DNA of 38,192 nt, taken from contig JABCTC010000034.1 in the NCBI GenBank assembly GCA_018238545.1, forward strand, positions 1 to 38,192, in the 5' to 3' direction. This DNA comes from Candidatus Heimdallarchaeota archaeon. GTDB lineage: Archaea; Asgardarchaeota; Heimdallarchaeia; Heimdallarchaeales; Heimdallarchaeaceae. Of this stretch, positions 19,173-28,008 are shown piece after piece. The position numbers and the translations under genes are program-made. Below the pieces are notes generated by a model. It did not search any database, was not told where the DNA came from, and was given only the letters and a program-made list of their open reading frames with translations. Each line of letters begins with the position of its first letter. Positions within the stretch are counted from its first letter, which is position 1.

Positions 19173-19383
19173 AATGTTTAAAGACTATTTAAAGAATCTA
19201 CGATTAGAAAAAGGGTTAACTCAAAGAAAACTGGCAAAAGAATTGTTTGTTAATCAAAAAACCATTTCGCTTTGGGAAAGCGGACTTAGAGTTCCTGAAT
19301 ATTACAACGCTAAAACAATCGCCGAATTCTACGGAATAGACAAAGTGAAATTGATTGAAAAGATAATGGAGGAAATAAAATGA
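19165..19383 (+). CDS. XRE/Cro-like HTH transcriptional regulator
   Basis: LKNLRLEKGLTQRKLAKELFVNQKTISLWESGLRVP. Confidence 0.92.
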   Translation: MFKMFKDYLKNLRLEKGLTQRKLAKELFVNQKTISLWESGLRVPEYYNAKTIAEFYGIDKVKLIEKIMEEIK

Positions 19384-19838
19384 AGAAACTAGGTATAACG
19401 TTATGGATTCTTTTGTTAATCATAATCATAGTAGGTAACGACTCATATGCCCTAGACAACACAAAATACGACTTTTGGTTCACCATATGGAGTAATGAGT
19501 TCGATCTTCCTAACGGGTTATTAAAAGCTGTAGCGATACACGAATCGGGGCTTGATGAAAATATAATCGGGTGTAGTGGTGATCTTGGACTTATGCAACT
19601 TAACCCAAGATATATTGAAAGTTATCTGAGTGATATGGGCTGGGAATGGGAATTTGAGTGGAGCCAGCCGAGGGATAATATTATGCTAGGTGCTTTCATA
19701 CTCTCTCAAAATTTAAAATATTATGATGGTGATGTTGATAAGGCATTAAGTGCATACAACACAGGAATAGGCAGAACAAACTCGAAGGGTGTTTATTGGA
19801 AATATGTTAATAAAATAGAGTGGGGTGAAAAGAATTGA
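19380..19838 (+). CDS. Lytic transglycosylase (SLT domain) with N-terminal signal peptide/anchor
   Basis: MKK + hydrophobic stretch; catalytic HES, GLMQL and AYN motifs. Confidence 0.9.
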   Translation: MKKLGITLWILLLIIIIVGNDSYALDNTKYDFWFTIWSNEFDLPNGLLKAVAIHESGLDENIIGCSGDLGLMQLNPRYIESYLSDMGWEWEFEWSQPRDNIMLGAFILSQNLKYYDGDVDKALSAYNTGIGRTNSKGVYWKYVNKIEWGEKN

Positions 19839-21181
19839 ATCTACTAGAAATGATATTAGACAAAACAGGACTAGATTATATAAGAACAGGAGAGGGACTT
19901 GCCGGCATTGGAGCATGGGGTAGAAGTTTGAAATATTTAGATATCCCTCATAAATTACAATGGTATTACGAAATAGATAAATATGCTTCTAACGCTTTCG
20001 CAGCTATACATGATGTTTCGGAAGATTTGAACAGATGGGATATATTTGGCAACAAAGAAAATCTAGAAGATATTGATGTATTCTATTATTCCCCACCTTG
20101 CCAATCATTCAGTTTAGCCGGTAAAAGAGAAGGAACCGATGTTGCGAAAGGTACGATATTTTGGGAGTGTTTAGAAATAATCAAACTCAAGAAACCTTTC
20201 TATTCAATCATGGAAAACGTAGAAGGACTGACTCATGAAGCGTTCAAGTATGAATGGGCAGAAATGCAGAGGGATATTAGAAATGCCGGGTATGTTAATT
20301 ATCCAATGGTGTTGAACACCCAAAACTATGGGATTCCACAAAACCGATCGAGAATATTCTTAATTAGCATCAGAGAAGATATAGATAAAGAAATGAAAGA
20401 ACAAGGAATCTATTTCACTGAACCTAAAACGGTTAAACTTGAATTGAGATTGAAAGATTTACTTGAAGATGCAGTTGATAAAAAATATTATTTGAGCGAT
20501 AAGATGGTTGATTTCTTTTATTCAAACGAACAAAAAAACAAAGAAAAAGGTAACGGATTCAGATTTGGTGTTTCCGATGGAAATATTGTCGCAAGTGCGA
20601 TAACCACTAGAAATGGTTCGAGAATGGACGATAATTTCATCAAAGTACCTTGCGACACTAAAAAAGGTTATATGGAAGCATACGACGGCGATGGAATCTA
20701 TTTAGATAGACCGGAGCAAAAAAGAGGAACGGTGCAAAGTGGAATGATTCCAACTCTGAAAACAAGTGGTGAGGATATTGGAGTAGTTGTTACAGATAAA
20801 ATCATCAAATTAGGTAATCTTTCTACAAATGATAGATTTGGTGGTGATCCTCAAGATTGGAGATTGTATTCGCCAGAAGGTATTTGCCCGACTATTAAGG
20901 CAGCTGCAAGTAATGGATATATTAAAGAACGTTTGAGAATACGCAAACTAACTCCACTCGAAACTTTCAGACTTCAACACTTCTCTGATGATGATTATTA
21001 TAAGGCAGTAGAGTCATACGAAAAAAAATGGGGTAAAGATAAATCTGATACTCAAATGTATATCAGAACCGGGAACTCAATCAGTGTAAATGTCATCAAC
21101 GAGATTCATAAGAATTTATTGTTGGGTAGGCAACAAGTGGCTTACCAAAGTACAATGTTTGATTATATGGGAGGGATTTAA
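19835..21181 (+). CDS. DNA (cytosine-5)-methyltransferase (orphan)
   Basis: Motifs I (LAGIG), IV (SPPCQSFS), VI (ENV), VIII (PQNRSR), IX (RKLTPLETFRLQ) and X (GNSI). No restriction enzyme adjacent. Confidence 0.93.
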   Translation: MNLLEMILDKTGLDYIRTGEGLAGIGAWGRSLKYLDIPHKLQWYYEIDKYASNAFAAIHDVSEDLNRWDIFGNKENLEDIDVFYYSPPCQSFSLAGKREGTDVAKGTIFWECLEIIKLKKPFYSIMENVEGLTHEAFKYEWAEMQRDIRNAGYVNYPMVLNTQNYGIPQNRSRIFLISIREDIDKEMKEQGIYFTEPKTVKLELRLKDLLEDAVDKKYYLSDKMVDFFYSNEQKNKEKGNGFRFGVSDGNIVASAITTRNGSRMDDNFIKVPCDTKKGYMEAYDGDGIYLDRPEQKRGTVQSGMIPTLKTSGEDIGVVVTDKIIKLGNLSTNDRFGGDPQDWRLYSPEGICPTIKAAASNGYIKERLRIRKLTPLETFRLQHFSDDDYYKAVESYEKKWGKDKSDTQMYIRTGNSISVNVINEIHKNLLLGRQQVAYQSTMFDYMGGI

Positions 21182-21453
21182 TGAAAACTTATAAAAATTT
21201 TATAAACGAATTTGGTTTTATGTATATCGGTAAAGAAAACGCGATCACTAGCAAAAGTTTAAGCCATATTAAAAAAATCACACCGAGAAATTTAAGAAGA
21301 TTAGCACACGAATTTAGAGTAGAGGGTTTTCCAATCCTTTCATCATCAGAAAAAGGTTACTACATTCCTAAAAATCTCGAAGAAATCACAAGGTATAAAA
21401 AGGAAACACGAAGTAGAATAATGAATCTGAATGAAACAGTGAGGTTTATATGA
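21181..21453 (+). CDS. Winged-HTH-like phage protein
   Basis: GKENAITSK.L..R.LR..G.PI.SS..GYY pattern. Confidence 0.6.
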   Translation: MKTYKNFINEFGFMYIGKENAITSKSLSHIKKITPRNLRRLAHEFRVEGFPILSSSEKGYYIPKNLEEITRYKKETRSRIMNLNETVRFI

Positions 21454-21701
21454 GAGATATAAAGGAATATACACGAACAGAAATATGGCTTGAAACAGGA
21501 ATTTTAAAAGCTGACTTTGTACCTGGCAGATATAAAATAAGTGTCATATATGAAATAGAGGACGAGGGGAAGAAAGACTATACAGAACTCTTAAAGGTTG
21601 ATACTCCAACGGAATGTATTAGATTTGATATGTACAGTAAGGTAAACGCTAAGAGATATGAGGATCTATGGATACATAAATCAACAATAGAATTACTTTA
21701 A
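21450..21701 (+). CDS. Hypothetical protein
   Basis: ATGA-coupled ORF with GAGG RBS, followed by a terminator. Confidence 0.6.
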   Translation: MRDIKEYTRTEIWLETGILKADFVPGRYKISVIYEIEDEGKKDYTELLKVDTPTECIRFDMYSKVNAKRYEDLWIHKSTIELL

Positions 21702-21724
21702 ACACTCGAAAGGGTGTTTTTTTT
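21701..21724 (+). terminator. Rho-independent terminator
   Basis: AAACACTC-GAAA-GGGTGTTT followed by a T tract. Confidence 0.85.
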
Positions 21725-21757
21725 GTGAAATATTTTATTGTATTTTATAATATTTTG

Positions 21758-21786
21758 TTGCATTATATAAAATATAGTTATACAAT
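21758..21786 (+). promoter_or_regulatory. sigmaA-type promoter of the replication operon
   Basis: TTGCAT-17 nt-TACAAT, with AT-rich TATTTT repeats upstream. Confidence 0.7.
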
Positions 21787-21806
21787 GTATTTAGGAGGTG
21801 ATATTA

Positions 21807-21971
21807 ATGAGTGAAAACTTAATTACCAAGAAGCAATTAGCAGAGAAATTGGGAGTTACAGAACAATCTATCAACAATTATTTAAGAGATGGTTTACCAA
21901 AAGTTAAATTTAGAACAGGCGCTATAAGATTTGAATACAGTAAATGTTTAGATTGGCTAAAAGGGGAATAA
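21807..21971 (+). CDS. Small HTH (excisionase-like) protein, 54 aa
   Basis: Not in the ORF track. MSENLITKKQLAEKLGVTEQSINNYLRDGLP..IRFEYSKCLDWL; AGGAGGTG RBS. Confidence 0.85.
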   Translation: MSENLITKKQLAEKLGVTEQSINNYLRDGLPKVKFRTGAIRFEYSKCLDWLKGE

Positions 21972-22001
21972 AAAAGGAGGTAGTTGAGAGTAGGTGATTA
22001 A

Positions 22002-22706
22002 ATGGGATTAAAAAACTTTCTACCGTTGAACCGAGAAATAATGGATCATTGGATATATAAAGATAGTGATTATCTTAAAATTTGGGTAGAAATGTTATTT
22101 GTTGCAAGATACTCTAAAGAACCAAAAAAAGAACTTTATAGAAGCAGTTTATATATTTTGAATCAGGGTGAATTTTTATTTAGTAGAGTAACTTGGGGTA
22201 AAAGATTACACATTAAAGATTATAAATTAAAAAAATTAATTAACTTATTAAAAGATGATAATATGATTATTAAAGTAGGTCAAGTAGGTTCTAGTGGTGC
22301 AACAATTTTTAAAATAGTTAACTATAAAAGGTACAACGAAGTGAATGCAAACACACCAGCGATAAACATTGATACAACTGCGATAGAGGGTGGTGTAAGA
22401 CAGCCACAAGACAGCCATACACCAGCCATTGGACAGCCACTCGCCACTAAAGAAGAAAGAAAGAAAGAAAAAAAGAAAGAAGAAAAAGATATATATAGCA
22501 AATTTGTAGAACTTACAAAAAGTGAATATGAAAAACTTATAGAAAAATTTGGGGAAATAGAAACGTTAAATTTTATAGAAAGGCTTAATAATTACATTGG
22601 TAGTACAGGTAAAAAATATAAATCTCATTATTACACTATTTTAAGTTGGAGTAGAAAAAATGTTAAAGAAAAGCCAAAATCAAATTCATGGGAGGAATTT
22701 AAATGA
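22002..22706 (+). CDS. Phage replication initiator protein
   Basis: L.REIMDHWIY N-terminal HTH region, KEEK linker, C-terminal KKYKSHYYTILSW; internal iterons; precedes loader and DnaB. Confidence 0.85.
   Translation: MGLKNFLPLNREIMDHWIYKDSDYLKIWVEMLFVARYSKEPKKELYRSSLYILNQGEFLFSRVTWGKRLHIKDYKLKKLINLLKDDNMIIKVGQVGSSGATIFKIVNYKRYNEVNANTPAINIDTTAIEGGVRQPQDSHTPAIGQPLATKEERKKEKKKEEKDIYSKFVELTKSEYEKLIEKFGEIETLNFIERLNNYIGSTGKKYKSHYYTILSWSRKNVKEKPKSNSWEEFK
22399..22490 (+). repeat. Putative replication origin: iterons plus purine-rich tract
   Basis: GACAGCCA/GACAGCCA/ACCAGCCA/GACAGCCA at 22399, 22410, 22421 and 22432 (11-bp period), then an A/G-only tract. Confidence 0.7.
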
Positions 22707-23011
22707 AAACGGATCAAGAAATAATTAACAATTCATTGTTAAGAATTAAAAAAGAGCCAAAAATGACGAGGGAAGATTTAATTGAAGCGTTAGGTGAATT
22801 AGAAGCAATTTATCCCGAATGGAAAGTTAATAACTATACAAAAGAAAAAAAGATGATGTTTTTAAATGTTTGGGAAAGGCATTTTAAAAATGTAAGGAAA
22901 GATTATTTTCTTTTAGCTTTAGATAACATAATGGATACATCTGAATTTTCACCAACAATAACTAAAATTAAAGAAGAAATCTATAGAATTACAAGTAACA
23001 CAAAATGTTAG
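22703..23011 (+). CDS. Replicative helicase loader/inhibitor (G39P-like)
   Basis: MTREDLIEAL..L.AIYP..W...F..SEFSPTI..IK pattern; lies between initiator and helicase. Confidence 0.7.
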   Translation: MKTDQEIINNSLLRIKKEPKMTREDLIEALGELEAIYPEWKVNNYTKEKKMMFLNVWERHFKNVRKDYFLLALDNIMDTSEFSPTITKIKEEIYRITSNTKC

Positions 23012-24234
23012 AAAAAAGTATAATCGCATCAGCAATGTTTGACAGCGAGATAATTGAACATATAAACCCTAAATGGTTTACAGATCAAAAATTAAAAATA
23101 ATCGCTGAAGCATTAATCGAAATTGGGATAAATGATATTGTTGCGGTTCACAAAAAAACAAATATAGAAATAGATGAATTAACTAATATTTCAGAACATT
23201 TTGAAACGTATTCAATCGCATTAAACAGAATAAATAATTTAAAAAAAGAATATAAAAATAGAGAAGTATCGAAAATATTAGACAATGCTAAAAATGATTT
23301 AGATAATGTTTCTTTGTCTGAAATAAGTAACCGAATTGATAAAATAAATTTTGAAGACGAAGAAAACGATAGTGATGAGGGTTTTAAATCGATAATATTA
23401 AATCTAGCTGAAGAACTCAACCAACCACCAAGAGAGAAAGAAAACGAATTATATAATTTTCCGATACCTAAATTAAATTATTATCTTTATCAGTTAGAAA
23501 AAAAATGGTTAGTTACAATTGCAGCTAAATCATCAAAAGGTAAAACGGCATTTAGTATGCAACTTGCTCTTGAATACATGAAAAAAGGTTTAAAAGTATT
23601 AATAATATCAAGAGAAATGTCAAAATCAGCTTTAGTTAAACGAATGATCCAAAATGATTTAGAGTTACAGACAAATGTTTTAAAAAGCAGAAGATTCACA
23701 AAAGGCGAACTTGATAGAGTTACAGATTTATTATTCAAAAGATATTCCAAATTTAAAAGTTGGATAGACACAAGTAGTATGACTGTTAATCAAATTGAAA
23801 CAAAGATAAAAAAATATAATCCTGATATTATATTCATAGATTATATTCAACTCTTAAAAACACCAGGAGGAAACAGCAACAGAGAAAGAGAAGTTGCATC
23901 GGTTTCGAGAGATTTAAAAAACCTAAGTATGATATATGATATTCCGGTTGTTGTAATGGCTCAACTTAATGACAATATGGGTTATCATAGACCAAAAGGT
24001 GATACACCAATGAGAGAATCAAAAGCAATCTATCACGATAGTAATGTTGTAATATATATACACGAACCTATTAAAGAAGAATTGAATGAATATGACGATG
24101 ACGTTGCTGTAAATACAGATAAAATAAAATTAATGGAAGTGATCGTAGATAAAAATAGAGATGGAAGCACAGGTAAAATTCCAGTTTATTTCATAAAACA
24201 GAGATTGAAATTTATAGAAATAAAAGAGGATTAG
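23005..24234 (+). CDS. dnaB: Replicative DNA helicase, DnaB family
   Basis: Walker A variant AAKSSKGKT, SREMS, IFIDYIQL, AQLN and KNRDGSTG motifs. Confidence 0.92.
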   Translation: MLEKSIIASAMFDSEIIEHINPKWFTDQKLKIIAEALIEIGINDIVAVHKKTNIEIDELTNISEHFETYSIALNRINNLKKEYKNREVSKILDNAKNDLDNVSLSEISNRIDKINFEDEENDSDEGFKSIILNLAEELNQPPREKENELYNFPIPKLNYYLYQLEKKWLVTIAAKSSKGKTAFSMQLALEYMKKGLKVLIISREMSKSALVKRMIQNDLELQTNVLKSRRFTKGELDRVTDLLFKRYSKFKSWIDTSSMTVNQIETKIKKYNPDIIFIDYIQLLKTPGGNSNREREVASVSRDLKNLSMIYDIPVVVMAQLNDNMGYHRPKGDTPMRESKAIYHDSNVVIYIHEPIKEELNEYDDDVAVNTDKIKLMEVIVDKNRDGSTGKIPVYFIKQRLKFIEIKED

Positions 24235-24243
24235 GAGGCAACT

Positions 24244-24372
24244 ATGGAAATAACAATTAGAGACAACGAAGGAGTAGACGAGGTTAAAAGTGCAATTAAA
24301 GTATTGGTTAAAAAATACTTTGAAACAGATGATATTGAAGAACTAATAAACGAATTGGAGGAAATGATATGA
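24244..24372 (+). CDS. Small hypothetical protein (42 aa)
   Basis: AGGAGG RBS; ATGA overlap with the next gene. Not in the ORF track. Confidence 0.6.
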   Translation: MEITIRDNEGVDEVKSAIKVLVKKYFETDDIEELINELEEMI

Positions 24373-24716
24373 AGAAAGCACAACTTGAAATAGAATTAAC
24401 GAAAGCTGTCAGAAGATACGAGAGGGCAGAGAATATTATAGAAAAACAAATGGCTGAAAATGAGGGTTTAAAATTATCTTTAGCAAGTGCAAGAATGTTC
24501 GTCGTTGGACTAATGAAAGGTAAAAAAGCAGTAGTTGATAACAAAAAGATGTTTAAGACGTTTTCTGAAACTAATCTGATATTTTTAAAAGACGAGGGGA
24601 ACGACGAGGTAACGATCTTAAAATTGGAGGATAAAGATGTTGAAATTCACGATTCAAACAGCGCCGAGGACGAAAAAAAACAGCAGCAGAATATTAATCA
24701 ACAGAAAAACAGGTAA
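24369..24716 (+). CDS. Hypothetical coiled-coil protein
   Basis: GGAGG RBS; 3' end overlaps rusA. Confidence 0.6.
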   Translation: MKKAQLEIELTKAVRRYERAENIIEKQMAENEGLKLSLASARMFVVGLMKGKKAVVDNKKMFKTFSETNLIFLKDEGNDEVTILKLEDKDVEIHDSNSAEDEKKQQQNINQQKNR

Positions 24717-25020
24717 AAGATTCATAGCGCCGAGCCAAGCTTTTGTAGATTATCAAAATAAATGTGGGTGGTTGTTAACTGGGGTTAAGAACTCGAATAT
24801 AGACAAAGAAATAAACATCAAAGCGGTTTACTACATGGACACCAAGAGGAAAGTAGATTTAACCAATCTAAATGGGGCACTACACGATATTTTAGTAAAG
24901 TATAGAGTAATTGCCGATGACGACTCAAAAATCGTTGTAGGTACAGATGGAAGCCGAGTAAAGTATGATAAGAAAAATCCCCGAACGGAGATAGAAATTG
25001 CGGAGGTAGAAGATGTGTGA
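24637..25020 (+). CDS. rusA: RusA-family Holliday junction resolvase
   Basis: PRTKKNS, DLTNL..LHDILV..VIADDD, KNPRTEIEI. Confidence 0.88.
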   Translation: MLKFTIQTAPRTKKNSSRILINRKTGKRFIAPSQAFVDYQNKCGWLLTGVKNSNIDKEINIKAVYYMDTKRKVDLTNLNGALHDILVKYRVIADDDSKIVVGTDGSRVKYDKKNPRTEIEIAEVEDV

Positions 25021-25366
25021 TGTATGCGGAGGTAACTTCATGGTTCAAAGCCATCATCCAATCGGAGGAAACCCAGGACGAAAGTTAAGCGATAAATATC
25101 CATTGATGAAATTCAGCCTTTGTCACAATTGTCATCATGCATTTAGAACAGGAATTCATGGTGGTAATATAAAACTTGATTTATTATTGAAGAGGATAGT
25201 ACAAGAAAACTTTGAAAAGAACTACGGAACTCACGAAGAATTTATGAGGTTGTTTAAAAGGGATTACATTGAGTATTACAAAGCTAAGATTGGCGATGAA
25301 TTTTATTATAATTCAAATGTTGAGTTTATAAAAATAAATCAAAGGGAGAGGTTAGAATGGAAATAA
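25013..25366 (+). CDS. HNH-like zinc-binding phage protein
   Basis: CDVC..HH..LCHNCHH..GIH. Confidence 0.7.
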   Translation: MCDVCGGNFMVQSHHPIGGNPGRKLSDKYPLMKFSLCHNCHHAFRTGIHGGNIKLDLLLKRIVQENFEKNYGTHEEFMRLFKRDYIEYYKAKIGDEFYYNSNVEFIKINQRERLEWK

Positions 25367-25518
25367 TAGCTGCTGTCATAATAGTGATAGTTTTGGTAAA
25401 AGTGCAAAATTTATACGACAAATTAAATCAAAAAGATATAGAAATATTGCATCAAGAATATCAAATACAAAATTTAAAATTGCAAGTGGCGAGATTAAAA
25501 AGTTTGATGAAGGGATAG
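25357..25518 (+). CDS. Small membrane-anchored coiled-coil protein (53 aa)
   Basis: MEIIAAVIIVIVLVKV then heptad-like region; GGAGAGG RBS. Not in the ORF track. Confidence 0.55.
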   Translation: MEIIAAVIIVIVLVKVQNLYDKLNQKDIEILHQEYQIQNLKLQVARLKSLMKG

Positions 25519-25519
25519 C

Positions 25520-25594
25520 ATGATGATCGCAATAATGATATTAATACTAATAGGACTATGGATCGTCATAGTATTTGGGGAGGAAACCAAATGA
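25520..25594 (+). CDS. 24-aa hydrophobic peptide
   Basis: MMIAIMILILIGLWIVIVFGEETK; AAGGGA RBS; ATGA-coupled to the next ORF. Confidence 0.45.
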   Translation: MMIAIMILILIGLWIVIVFGEETK

Positions 25595-25733
25595 CTAACG
25601 AACAATATTTAAAAATCGAATTAACAGACTATGATATAAGAATAAGAGAAAAAGAAATACAAAATATATGCTTGATGAAATGAAAAAACAACGAGATAGT
25701 ATTGAAAGGCAATTAGAGGGGGAAGTTGAATGA
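25591..25733 (+). pseudogene. Small coiled-coil gene apparently split by a 1-nt frameshift
   Basis: MTNEQYLKIELTDYDIRIREKEIQ continues in another frame as YMLDEMKKQRDSIERQLEGEVE, whose stop overlaps ATG 25730. Confidence 0.4.
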
Positions 25734-26053
25734 GATTAGAAGTTAACATATGGAGAAAAGGTAGGAACGTAATGGCTGAAATAGTTCATCAAGACGAGGG
25801 GTTGAGAACTTATAAAATAATTGTGAGTTCGTATGACGAAAAATATCACATTGAAAGTTGTGACTGTCCCGAAATTGATAAAAACGTATTATTTATAAGA
25901 GGTCGCAACAGCGATAGAGATATTAAAATTTCAACTCGTTACTTCAACACCGAACAACTAGCAATTGACTGGTGTAAAAACATCAATGAACTAATCGACG
26001 AAATTAACAAAGAACCAACCGAGGAATTAAGTGGTTGGGTGAGGGAGAGATAG
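25730..26053 (+). CDS. Hypothetical protein
   Basis: GAGGGGG RBS; co-oriented within the small-gene cluster. Confidence 0.6.
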   Translation: MRLEVNIWRKGRNVMAEIVHQDEGLRTYKIIVSSYDEKYHIESCDCPEIDKNVLFIRGRNSDRDIKISTRYFNTEQLAIDWCKNINELIDEINKEPTEELSGWVRER

Positions 26054-26056
26054 TAT

Positions 26057-26248
26057 ATGGCAAATTACAGAAGAGAAATAGAGGACATGGGTGATAGTAG
26101 AGAAATTAGATTAAACACCCTCAACGACATTGAATCAGACGTGAATGAAATTAGTTCGCTTATCCAAAGAGGAATAGATGGTGTGGAATGGGGTCATATA
26201 GAAGATGCTCTTGAAAAAATATTTACATTGTCAGAAGAGTTGTATTAA
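26057..26248 (+). CDS. Hypothetical protein
   Basis: GGGAG RBS; acidic helical 63 aa. Confidence 0.6.
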   Translation: MANYRREIEDMGDSREIRLNTLNDIESDVNEISSLIQRGIDGVEWGHIEDALEKIFTLSEELY

Positions 26249-26267
26249 TAATAAAGGAGAGATAGAT

Positions 26268-26648
26268 ATGATTAACAACAAATATATAAAATTACTGATG
26301 GAAAATAACGATATAGTTGAGGGTGAGAAGTTTGAGGTCATACTTGAAGATGGTAGAATGGACAATGACAATCCTTATGTTTTCGAGAATGATATGTTGT
26401 ATGACAAATATAATAATGAATACGAGGAAGGTTTAGGAGATTTATTTCTTGGAAATTTTAAAATAGAAAAACTACCATTTGTGCCGAAAGGAAACGAAGG
26501 ATTTTGGTTCATATATTTATATGTAAAAGAAGGGTACGATTTTGATTATGCAGATAGCGAAGATGGTAAAATGTTACTATCCCGAGGAGTAACACCATAT
26601 CGCACCAAAGCAGAAGTTATCGCTAAAGTCAAAGAGTTGGGGTGGTAG
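26268..26648 (+). CDS. Hypothetical phage protein
   Basis: AAAGGAG RBS before ATG 26268; KLPFVPK..YRTKAE pattern seen in Bacillota phage proteins. Confidence 0.6.
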   Translation: MINNKYIKLLMENNDIVEGEKFEVILEDGRMDNDNPYVFENDMLYDKYNNEYEEGLGDLFLGNFKIEKLPFVPKGNEGFWFIYLYVKEGYDFDYADSEDGKMLLSRGVTPYRTKAEVIAKVKELGW

Positions 26649-26649
26649 A

Positions 26650-27201
26650 ATGTCTAAATCAGTATTAAAACGTGAAGCAATCCAAAGAAATACTTTCGAC
26701 TATAAATACAAAGAATTTCAAGTCCTTGTAGCAACATCAAAGGACAAGAAGTTAATCATTGAACAATCGGTAGAGTTAAACAAATTGTGGTTAGAATATG
26801 TTGAAGGTAGTGGGGGAGATGGAATGAAACAATATATAAGTGTTGAACAATTAAAACAATTTGATATGGCGAAACTAGACAAAACTATGAACAACACAAT
26901 ATTTTCAACTAACTTAGAACGAATAAGTATGGCTGAAAATAATGGTGAAATAGAATTTTTACAAAGGTCTTTAGTAAGACAAGTTACTATAGGGAAATTG
27001 ATTGAGATATTAAATAATACTAATTATCATATTTGGGTTCAGCAATCATTCGATACAATCGCAGAATATAGAATAGGTTGGATGGTAGAATTACAAATTC
27101 TTGAAGTTGACCATATGAGAGAATATCAATTTGAATCAGTAGAATTAATAGATGCACTTTGGAAAACTGTGTTATATGTGATGGAGGAGGAATCTAAATG
27201 A
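26650..27201 (+). CDS. Hypothetical protein (possible fusion; internal start at 26824)
   Basis: 183-aa ORF with an internal GGGGGAG RBS before MKQYISVEQL..TIGKLIEIL..ELIDALW. Confidence 0.55.
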   Translation: MSKSVLKREAIQRNTFDYKYKEFQVLVATSKDKKLIIEQSVELNKLWLEYVEGSGGDGMKQYISVEQLKQFDMAKLDKTMNNTIFSTNLERISMAENNGEIEFLQRSLVRQVTIGKLIEILNNTNYHIWVQQSFDTIAEYRIGWMVELQILEVDHMREYQFESVELIDALWKTVLYVMEEESK

Positions 27202-27446
27202 TTATAATAGAATCGCAAGATAGAGATTTTGTGGGTGAGGTTGAAGGGATACAAATCAGAGGTAACAAGATAGTAGGGTTTATTGCCAATAGTGTTACTG
27301 CTGTCGGGATATACGATTCAGAAGAACGAGCAAGAAAGGTTTATAGAGATATTAATAATCATGTAGAGCTTGCACTTGACGAACAGCAAAAAACCAATGA
27401 ACATACATCGAGTATCAGATGGATATTCATCATGCCGGAGGAATAA
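27198..27446 (+). CDS. Hypothetical phage protein
   Basis: MIIIESQD..GIYDSEERARKV..FIMPEE; GGAGG RBS. Confidence 0.65.
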   Translation: MIIIESQDRDFVGEVEGIQIRGNKIVGFIANSVTAVGIYDSEERARKVYRDINNHVELALDEQQKTNEHTSSIRWIFIMPEE

Positions 27447-27450
27447 AGAA

Positions 27451-27476
27451 GAACGATCTTAAATGGTCGTTTTTTT
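27451..27476 (+). terminator. Rho-independent terminator ending the early/middle region
   Basis: AACGATC-TTAAAT-GGTCGTT followed by a T tract. Confidence 0.75.
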
Positions 27477-27531
27477 CATGTAAAGAATTATTTTAGGATA
27501 TGTGGTAGAATATAGGAAAGAAGGTGAGAAT

Positions 27532-27996
27532 GTGAATAATTCAGTTAGATTAAAGCCGATAGAAGAAAAACTATCGTTAAAACAGAGTAGGTTTATAGAC
27601 AACTACCTAAAATATGGAAATGCCACGCAAGCTGCTAAAGAGTCGGGATATTCGCATCATACAGCCACGAGGATAGGTAGTGAGAATGTTTTGAAACTTG
27701 ACAAACATATTACACAAAGGTTAAAACAGTTTGAATGCGATCAAATTGCAGATGCTGATGAGGTGCTTAGATTCCTTACAAGTGTTGTGAGGGGTGAGAT
27801 TGTAGACGAAAACTTATCGTTTGGTTTGGAAGGAAAAGAGTTTCGCGGTGATACAGTTTCTCTAACAAAAGACCGTAACAAAGCCGCTGAACTGTTGGGT
27901 AAGAGATACAGACTTTTTGTAGATAGAATAGAAGCAGAAGTTGATTCGGAAATCACTGTTAAGATGGACAAAGAATTACAAGACTGGTCAAAGTAA
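27532..27996 (+). CDS. terS: Terminase small subunit
   Basis: LSLKQSRFIDNYLKYGNATQAAKESGYS..IADADEVLRFLTSVVRGE..KAAELLGKRY. Start at GTG 27532 after AAGGTGA. Confidence 0.92.
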   Translation: MNNSVRLKPIEEKLSLKQSRFIDNYLKYGNATQAAKESGYSHHTATRIGSENVLKLDKHITQRLKQFECDQIADADEVLRFLTSVVRGEIVDENLSFGLEGKEFRGDTVSLTKDRNKAAELLGKRYRLFVDRIEAEVDSEITVKMDKELQDWSK

Positions 27997-28008
27997 GGGG
28001 GTAAATAA

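Noticed and set aside
19835-21701. Complete restriction-modification system
   Set aside because: The neighbouring ORFs are under 100 aa and show no nuclease motifs, so the methyltransferase appears to be orphan.
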